Below the pieces are notes generated by a model, which searched no databases, was not told the DNA's origin, and saw nothing but the letters and a program-made list of their open reading frames with translations. From Chloroflexota bacterium (GTDB lineage Bacteria; Chloroflexota; Limnocylindria; Limnocylindrales; CSP1-4): DNA of 64,000 nt. The position numbers were made by a program, and so were the translations under genes. The stretch is taken from contig JAHBUZ010000011.1 in NCBI GenBank assembly GCA_019637815.1, positions 18,758 through 82,757 of the forward strand. Reading direction: 5' to 3'. Shown here one piece after another: positions 38,284-44,635 of this stretch. Numbering within the stretch: position 1 is the first letter of the stretch; each line of letters begins with the position of its first letter.

Positions 38284-39210
38284 TCATTCATGGAGACGCG
38301 ACCCCCAGCGGATGCGCAGCACGGCCGCGCCCACCGACAACGCCACGATGACCAGCGCGATGGCCGATGCGTAGCCCATGTCGCTGAACTTGAAGGCCTG
38401 CTCGTACATGTAGGTCGCCAGCACCTCCGTGCTCCGGTTGGGTCCGCCGCGGGTCATGACGTACACCAGGTCGAACACGCGCAGACCACCGATGACGTTG
38501 AGCAGGATTGCGGTGCCGATGACCGGATACAGACCGGGCACGACCACGTGGCGGATGCTGGCACGGGCGCCCGCCCCGTCGATGGATGCCGCCTCGAGCT
38601 GGTCGCGTGGCAGGTTCTGGAGACCGGCGTAATAGAGCAGCATGTTGTAGCCCGTGAACTGCCACACCGTGGCCACGATCACGGACGTCAGCGCGAGGTC
38701 AGGGTCACCCAGGAACAGCGTCGGTCGGGCCGTGGGGCTCACGAGCGAGATGAGCTGGTTGACGGCCCCGAACGCATCCAGGATGCGGGTCCACATGAGC
38801 GCCACGATCACGGGTGACAGGAGGACCGGCAGGAACAGCACGGACTTCACCAGGCCGCTGCCACGCACCCGCGACGCGATGAGCAGCGCGTAGAGGAAGC
38901 CCGTGATGTTCAGGAGCACCGTGGTCGCCACGGTGAACAGGATCGTGTGTGTGAACGAGCGCCAGAACACCGGGTCCGCGGCGGCCTTCTGGAACTTGGC
39001 GAGGCCCACGAAGGTCCAGTCGCCGATGCGGAAGCCCGCCCACTCCAGGAACGCGATGCCCGCTACCGCGAACACCGGCACCATCAGGAACAGGCAGAAG
39101 ATGATGACGCTGGGCAGCACGAAGGCGAGCCCGAGCCGGCCGGGTGTGACCGACCGACGAGGACTCGCGATCGACGCGGTCACGGATGGTCGCGGTGATG
39201 CGGCTGCCAT
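38284..39210 (-). CDS. CUT1-type ABC sugar permease (MalF-like)
   Basis: MalF-type topology (NLPRDQLEAASIDGAG). Confidence 0.8.
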   Translation of the reverse strand: MAAASPRPSVTASIASPRRSVTPGRLGLAFVLPSVIIFCLFLMVPVFAVAGIAFLEWAGFRIGDWTFVGLAKFQKAAADPVFWRSFTHTILFTVATTVLLNITGFLYALLIASRVRGSGLVKSVLFLPVLLSPVIVALMWTRILDAFGAVNQLISLVSPTARPTLFLGDPDLALTSVIVATVWQFTGYNMLLYYAGLQNLPRDQLEAASIDGAGARASIRHVVVPGLYPVIGTAILLNVIGGLRVFDLVYVMTRGGPNRSTEVLATYMYEQAFKFSDMGYASAIALVIVALSVGAAVLRIRWGSRLHE

Positions 39211-39243
39211 CCGGATACCGGTGTGGTGGTCGGTGGCGGATGC

Positions 39244-40539
39244 CTACTGCGCGCCGGCCGAGACCATCGCCTCGATGACCGTGCTGCCGGGCTGTCCGTC
39301 CATGACGCCCTGCATCGCGTTCAGCAGCTCCGCGTAGACCTGCGTCGTGTAGATGACGCGGCTGTTGGCGGTGGCCTGCGCGGTCACCATGTTGTTGTAC
39401 AGCTCGCTCTTGTCCGCGGGCACCGGGAAGTCCCAGGACGGGATGAAGTCGTTGGCGACGAGCGCGGCGCCGCCGCCATCGTCCACGAGGTAGCGCAGGA
39501 ACTCGATCGCCTCCTCCTGGTGGGCGCAGTCAGCCGTGACCACGAACATCTCGGCGATGCCGCCCGTGGCCCGGTTGTCGAGCGTGCTGCCGTCCGGCTT
39601 GGGGAACGGGAACAGACTCCACTCGAAGGCATCGCCCACCTTGTCCGCGACGCCCGCCGTGACGAAGTTGCCGACCGGGTACATCATCCCGGCGGCTCCG
39701 CTTGCGAACAGGTCGAGGTTGCCCACGAACGCGTCCATGGAGTTGGCGCCGGGCGCGAAGATGCCACTCGCGACCATGGCGGCCACGTTGTCCGCCGCGG
39801 CAGCGAAGGCCGGGTCATCCCAGCCGACCTCGCCGGCATCCGCCTGCGCGAGCTTGCTGTTGGTGCCGTCCGTGTAGGCCACCTGGGCGAAGAACAGGTC
39901 GCCCGCGGACCACCGGTCCCGGGTGCCCATGGCGATGCCGAACAGGCCCTGCTCACCCAGCGCATCCACGGCGGCCTGGAGCTCACCCTGTGTCTGGGGG
40001 ACCTCCAGGCCCAGCTCGTCGAACCGGGTCTTGTTGTAGGCGATCTGGAGCGTGTTCACGTCCAGGGGGATCGCCCAGACCTCGCCGCCGATGCTCACCG
40101 CGTCCACGATGGGCTCGAAGAACGCCGGGAAACCGGTGGTGATCGCCTGGGTCAACGGGATCAGCTCGCCACTGTTCACGAAGTCCCGGAACTCGCCGGC
40201 CCACGGGATCTGGGCGATGCAGGGTGGCTCATCCGCCGCGATCGCGGCTCGGAACCGCGTCAGGTAGTCGGTGAAGCTCAGGTAGATGACGCCGCATGCG
40301 TCACCACAGTTCGACTGGCCACGCTTCACCGTGACGCCCGGATGGTCCGCCTCGAAACGCACGATGGCGTCCTCGTGGACCAGGGGGTACGCGCCTTCGT
40401 TGTTCCAGGACCACATCTCCAGCTCGATGGGGTCCTGCGCGTTCGCCGCGGGGGTCACGGCCAAGGTCCCCACCAGGACCGTGCCCATGACGAATGCCGA
40501 CCGCCGCCGGGTCGTACTGCCGTGTGTCCGCCTTGCCAT
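39244..40539 (-). CDS. CUT1 extracellular solute-binding protein (family 1)
   Basis: Start MARRTHGSTTRRRSAFVMGTVLVGTLAVTPAANAQD at 40539 with a GAGGAGG RBS 7 nt upstream. Signal peptide plus an SBP_bac_1-like domain. Confidence 0.8.
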   Translation of the reverse strand: MARRTHGSTTRRRSAFVMGTVLVGTLAVTPAANAQDPIELEMWSWNNEGAYPLVHEDAIVRFEADHPGVTVKRGQSNCGDACGVIYLSFTDYLTRFRAAIAADEPPCIAQIPWAGEFRDFVNSGELIPLTQAITTGFPAFFEPIVDAVSIGGEVWAIPLDVNTLQIAYNKTRFDELGLEVPQTQGELQAAVDALGEQGLFGIAMGTRDRWSAGDLFFAQVAYTDGTNSKLAQADAGEVGWDDPAFAAAADNVAAMVASGIFAPGANSMDAFVGNLDLFASGAAGMMYPVGNFVTAGVADKVGDAFEWSLFPFPKPDGSTLDNRATGGIAEMFVVTADCAHQEEAIEFLRYLVDDGGGAALVANDFIPSWDFPVPADKSELYNNMVTAQATANSRVIYTTQVYAELLNAMQGVMDGQPGSTVIEAMVSAGAQ

Positions 40540-40614
40540 CCGGCGTCCTCCTCGGTGCCCGTCCGCGGCGCGCCAAGGGCCGCCGTCAGCGGGTTCGGGC
40601 AGGAGGTTGATCCC

Positions 40615-40632
40615 TTGACAATCGATTGTCAA
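40615..40632. promoter_or_regulatory. perfect 18-bp palindrome TTGACAATCGATTGTCAA (candidate LacI-type operator)
   Basis: Perfect inverted repeat with a central CG, 76 nt upstream of the CUT1 SBP start (minus strand) and about 177 nt upstream of the plus-strand lipoyl gene. The same core occurs at 8150..8163. Confidence 0.4.
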
Positions 40633-40808
40633 TATGGGATCGTTCGCCCGGGACGGCATCGACGGCTCGGCGAGCGGGAACGATCCCGGCCTGGCAGCCG
40701 CATGCCCGATCCGGGTCGGAGGCGACGCCGGTATCATCCGGGAACGCGTGCTCCGATGGTGCGACACGCGCCCGCGACGACCCCACCCGAGGCCCACAGG
40801 AGGTTCCC

Positions 40809-41054
40809 ATGGCACGTATCCCGATCGAGATGCCCCGCATGGGCTACGACATGGAGACCGGCACCATCGCCGCCTGGGTGAAGCAGGTCGGTGACAGCGT
40901 GTCGCGCGGCGATGTGCTCGCGGAGATCGAGACCGAGAAGTCCACCGTGGAGATGGAGGCGCTCGCCGCCGGCACCCTCGTGGAGCAGACGCTGGCCCCC
41001 GGCCAGGAGGTCCCGGTGGGCACGGTCATCGGCTATCTCGACGACGGCCAGTAG
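40809..41054 (+). CDS. stand-alone lipoyl-attachment domain protein (81 aa)
   Basis: Sequence MARIPIEMPRMGYDMETGTIAAWVKQVGDSVSRGDVLAEIETEKSTVEMEA is a canonical lipoyl domain with the lipoyl-lysine in ETEKS. It ends at a TAG stop. A CAGGAGG RBS precedes the ATG. Confidence 0.75.
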   Translation: MARIPIEMPRMGYDMETGTIAAWVKQVGDSVSRGDVLAEIETEKSTVEMEALAAGTLVEQTLAPGQEVPVGTVIGYLDDGQ

Positions 41055-41070
41055 GATCCACGAACCGACG

Positions 41071-41808
41071 ATGGCGGACGGACGACACCCGGTCACCTTC
41101 TCCCGGATGCGCGAGGCGATCGCGCGACGGATGGTCCAGAGCAAGACCCAGGCACCCCACTTCTATGTCTCCCGCGATCTGGCGATGGACGCGGCGCTCG
41201 ATGCGCTCGCGACCCTCAACGCTGACCGACCGAAGGAGCAGCGGGCGAGCGTCACCGCGCTGCTGTTGCGGGCCATGGCCTCGACGCTCGCCGCGGCGCC
41301 CGCGTTCAACGCGGTCTGGGAGGGCGACACGCTGGTGCGCGTGGATGCCATCAACCTGGGGGTCGCGATCGACCTCGGCGAGGGCGGCCTGATCGCACCC
41401 GCGCTGCTCGATTGCGGCAGCAAGTCGGTGGACCAGCTGGGCAGCGAGCTGCGGGACCTCGCGGAGCGGGCTCGCGCGGGCAAGCTGCGCGCCCCGGAGA
41501 TCGCCGAGGGCACGTTCACGCTCACCAACCTGGGCATGTTCGGGGTGACCAGCTTCACGGCCATCATCACGCCGCCCCAGGTGGCCACGCTCGCCACGGG
41601 CGCCACGGAGGCACGCCCGGTGGTCCGGGATGGCGCCGTGGTGGTCCGCTGGATGATGACCGCGACGCTCTCCGCCGACCATCGCGCGGTGGACGGCGCC
41701 GGGGCTGCGCGGCTGCTCGCCGATCTCCAGGCACGCCTCGATGACGCGGCCGGCTGGGTGGGCGCGACCTCGGACGCCTTCGCCGCGGATGCGGCGGGGC
41801 CGACGTGA
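41071..41808 (+). CDS. stand-alone 2-oxoacid dehydrogenase acyltransferase (E2) catalytic-domain protein
   Basis: Start MADGRHPVTFSRMREAIARRM, 16 nt after the lipoyl gene stop. E2 catalytic core with the active-site DHRAVDG. No peripheral subunit-binding domain is encoded between or within the two genes. Confidence 0.75.
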   Translation: MADGRHPVTFSRMREAIARRMVQSKTQAPHFYVSRDLAMDAALDALATLNADRPKEQRASVTALLLRAMASTLAAAPAFNAVWEGDTLVRVDAINLGVAIDLGEGGLIAPALLDCGSKSVDQLGSELRDLAERARAGKLRAPEIAEGTFTLTNLGMFGVTSFTAIITPPQVATLATGATEARPVVRDGAVVVRWMMTATLSADHRAVDGAGAARLLADLQARLDDAAGWVGATSDAFAADAAGPT

Positions 41809-43106
41809 GCAGCGCGGACGGACGCCCGCTGCCGGACCTCGACGCCGCGGTCGCGCTCGCTGACGCACGCAACCGGGCCCTGCGCGAGGAGCTGGCACCC
41901 CGCCAGGCACGTCTGCCGCTCCGCTACTGGCGACAGCAGGCGCATTTCACGACGCCTGCGGAGGCCGCCATGGCCCGCAAGGCCGTGGAGGGCGGCACCG
42001 CGCCCATGGCGCGCATCCTCGAGCGCTTCGAGGTCGGTCCGGCGATGCTCGCCGACCGGCTCGGCGTGGGCGTGGACGCGATCGAGCGGCTGCTGGCGGC
42101 TCCCCGGCGCGCGCCCATGGTGATGCTCGATGCGGAGGACGCCCTCGCGCTCACGGACGCGGCTGCCGCCCAGGCGCGTCTGGATGCCGCGGATATCCTC
42201 GCGACGGCCGACTGGAGTGGCGGCGGACCACCCAGCCTGCGCTTCTACCGGCCACCGGGCCTGGCGCTGGGCTCCACGGCCCGCGAGCTGTACGGGCTCC
42301 TGTGGCGGCTCGTGGAGGCATCTCCGGACGGTCGGATCCCGCTCGACGGCATCGTGTTCCCCAAGATCGAGCATCCCGAGGAGGTGGACCTGGTCCACGG
42401 CATGCTCACGGAGGCCGAGCGCTCGCTGGGGCTGCCGGTCGGCGGCATCCGGGTCGCGTACCTGGTGGAGTCGGGATGGGCGGCGGCCCAGCTGGCGGAC
42501 CTCGCGCAGCGCGCCGCCGATCGGCTGTGTGCCCTCGTCTTCGGGCTCGCGGACTACTCCGCGGACGTCGGCCTGCCGTCCATCGCCAACGAGCATCCGC
42601 TCGCGGACTGGGCCCGCGCCACGATCGTGGACGTCGCCGGCGCGGTGGGCGTGCCCGCCATCGATGGCATGACCCTCGACTACCCGGTCGCCGACCCGGC
42701 ACTCGATGGTCCGGCCAATCGTGTCCGGTTCCTCGATCGGATGCAGCTCGTCTACCGCGATGCCGTCCGGGCCCGGGACTTCGGCATGCTCGGCAAGTGG
42801 GTGGGTCATCCGGCCCAGCTGTTCGCGGTGCTGCTGGCGTACGAGACGGGCTTCACGGACGCTGCGCTGGAGGCGGAGGCGGCCAAGCTGGCCGCGTACG
42901 ACACCGCGGTCCACCAGGAGGGCAGGGGCGCCACGATGATCGCGGGTGTCATGTCCGACCGGGCGACCGACCGCCACGCGCGGGTGGTCCTCCGCCAGGC
43001 GACGGCGCTGGGGCGGTTCGACCCGGCCCGGGCGCTCGCCCTCGGGGTCATCGATGCCGATGAGCTGGCCGACGCACAGGACGCATGGCGAGGTGGACCC
43101 GCATGA
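41805..43106 (+). CDS. HpcH/HpaI-aldolase/CitE-family acyl-CoA lyase (malyl-CoA/citramalyl-CoA-lyase-like)
   Basis: GTG start overlaps the E2 stop by GTGA. Carries the CitE-family MLDAEDA motif and is about 430 aa long. Confidence 0.8.
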   Translation: MSSADGRPLPDLDAAVALADARNRALREELAPRQARLPLRYWRQQAHFTTPAEAAMARKAVEGGTAPMARILERFEVGPAMLADRLGVGVDAIERLLAAPRRAPMVMLDAEDALALTDAAAAQARLDAADILATADWSGGGPPSLRFYRPPGLALGSTARELYGLLWRLVEASPDGRIPLDGIVFPKIEHPEEVDLVHGMLTEAERSLGLPVGGIRVAYLVESGWAAAQLADLAQRAADRLCALVFGLADYSADVGLPSIANEHPLADWARATIVDVAGAVGVPAIDGMTLDYPVADPALDGPANRVRFLDRMQLVYRDAVRARDFGMLGKWVGHPAQLFAVLLAYETGFTDAALEAEAAKLAAYDTAVHQEGRGATMIAGVMSDRATDRHARVVLRQATALGRFDPARALALGVIDADELADAQDAWRGGPA

Positions 43107-43669
43107 CCGACGAGCCCGGGGCGGACGTCCCGACCACCCAGGACGGCGCCGCGGCATCGGACGGTCCCACCGCCCCGGATGCCCCGGCGACCCGGCGTGT
43201 GGTCGGCTGGGAGGGCCGCTTCCTCGATGACTTCCAGGTCGGCGACGTGTACCGCCACTCGCACGGCCGGACCATCACCCAGACGGACAACACCTGGTTC
43301 ACGCTGCTCACCAACAACACCCACGACGTCCACTACAACGTGGACTACGCATCCCGGACCGAGTTCGGCAAGCCGCTCGTGGTGTCCACCCTGACACTGG
43401 CCATCGTCACGGGTCTGTCCGTGGAGGACGTCAGCCGCAACGCGGTCGCCAACCTCGGCTGGGAGCAGGTCCGCTGCCCGGCACCCGTATTCGCCGGTGA
43501 CACCCTGTATGCCGAGACGGAGGTCCTGGACGTCCGACCGTCGCGGTCCCGGCCCGGCCAGGGCATCGTGCGGGTGCGCACCCGAGGGCTCAACCAGGAC
43601 GGCACGGTCGTCATGGAGTTCGAGCGGAGCGTCCTCGTCTACAGCCGGGCGTCCCGGCCCGGCGCCTGA
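43103..43669 (+). CDS. MaoC-like enoyl-CoA hydratase/dehydratase (hot-dog fold), paralog 1
   Basis: ATG overlaps the CitE stop by ATGA. MaoC-dehydratase fold blocks (AGDTLYAETEVLDVRPS). Confidence 0.8.
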   Translation: MTDEPGADVPTTQDGAAASDGPTAPDAPATRRVVGWEGRFLDDFQVGDVYRHSHGRTITQTDNTWFTLLTNNTHDVHYNVDYASRTEFGKPLVVSTLTLAIVTGLSVEDVSRNAVANLGWEQVRCPAPVFAGDTLYAETEVLDVRPSRSRPGQGIVRVRTRGLNQDGTVVMEFERSVLVYSRASRPGA

Positions 43670-43678
43670 CCTCCGGCG

Positions 43679-44611
43679 ATGGGCGGGCGCATCGTCGTCG
43701 GCGGTGAGAGCCTCGTCGATCGCATCCGGACCGTCGACGGGAGCGTCCGGGACGTGCCCGGGGGCGGGCCCTACAACACCGCTCGGGCCCTTGGTCGCCT
43801 GGGGCTCGGGACGGCGTTCCTGGGCTGCATCTCGACCGATGCGCTGGGTGGGACGCTGCTCACGGGTCTCATCGATGACGGCGTGATCACGGACCTGGTG
43901 ACCCGGACGGATGCGCCGACCACGCTCGCCCTCGCCGACCTCGATGCGTCGGGCACGGCGCGCTACACCTTCCTCGTGGACGGCACGGCGGCACCCCGGG
44001 TGACCCGGGAGGACGCCCTCCGGGCGCTGGATGGCGAGGTCGCGGCGATCCACGTGGGGACCCTGGGGCTCGTGTTCCAGCCCGTGTCGGACAGCCTCGA
44101 GGCGCTCGTCGCGGCGGCACCCCCGGACACGCTCGTGATGCTCGACCCGAACGCCCGACCGTCGGCGACCCCGGATCTCGCCGCGTGGCGCGCACGCGTC
44201 GGCCGACTCGCTCGCCGGGCGGACATCATCCGCGCGAGCACCGACGACCTCACCACCCTCGACGACCGCCGGGACCCCGTCGCCGTCGCTCGCGGCCTCG
44301 CCATGGATGGAGCGCTGGTGCTCCTCACGGACGGCGGGCGACCCATCAGGCTCGTGTCGCGGGCGTTCCCGCCGACGGAGCTGCCACTCCTGGGGGGCCC
44401 CGTCGTGGACACGGTCGGGGCGGGGGATTCGTTCGGCGCCGCGTTCCTCGGCTGGCTGCTGGACCACGGCCTCGATCGTGGCGCCCTCGAGGACCCGGGC
44501 CCGGTCCACGGCGCGGCTCGCGTGGCGCTCGCTGCCGCCGCGATCACCTGTTCCCGACGCGGCGCCGACCCGCCGACCCGCGCCGAGCTCGACGCGGCGT
44601 GGCACGCCTGA
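43679..44611 (+). CDS. PfkB-family carbohydrate kinase (fructokinase/2-keto-3-deoxygluconate-kinase-like)
   Basis: Ribokinase-superfamily motifs including the C-terminal DTVGAGDSF anion-hole. Confidence 0.8.
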   Translation: MGGRIVVGGESLVDRIRTVDGSVRDVPGGGPYNTARALGRLGLGTAFLGCISTDALGGTLLTGLIDDGVITDLVTRTDAPTTLALADLDASGTARYTFLVDGTAAPRVTREDALRALDGEVAAIHVGTLGLVFQPVSDSLEALVAAAPPDTLVMLDPNARPSATPDLAAWRARVGRLARRADIIRASTDDLTTLDDRRDPVAVARGLAMDGALVLLTDGGRPIRLVSRAFPPTELPLLGGPVVDTVGAGDSFGAAFLGWLLDHGLDRGALEDPGPVHGAARVALAAAAITCSRRGADPPTRAELDAAWHA

Positions 44612-44635
44612 GGCGGACGGACCCCAGCCCTCGCG

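Noticed and set aside
41163-43157. 664-aa minus-strand ORF
   Set aside because: Antisense to the E2-core and CitE genes, which have clear family signatures and translational coupling.
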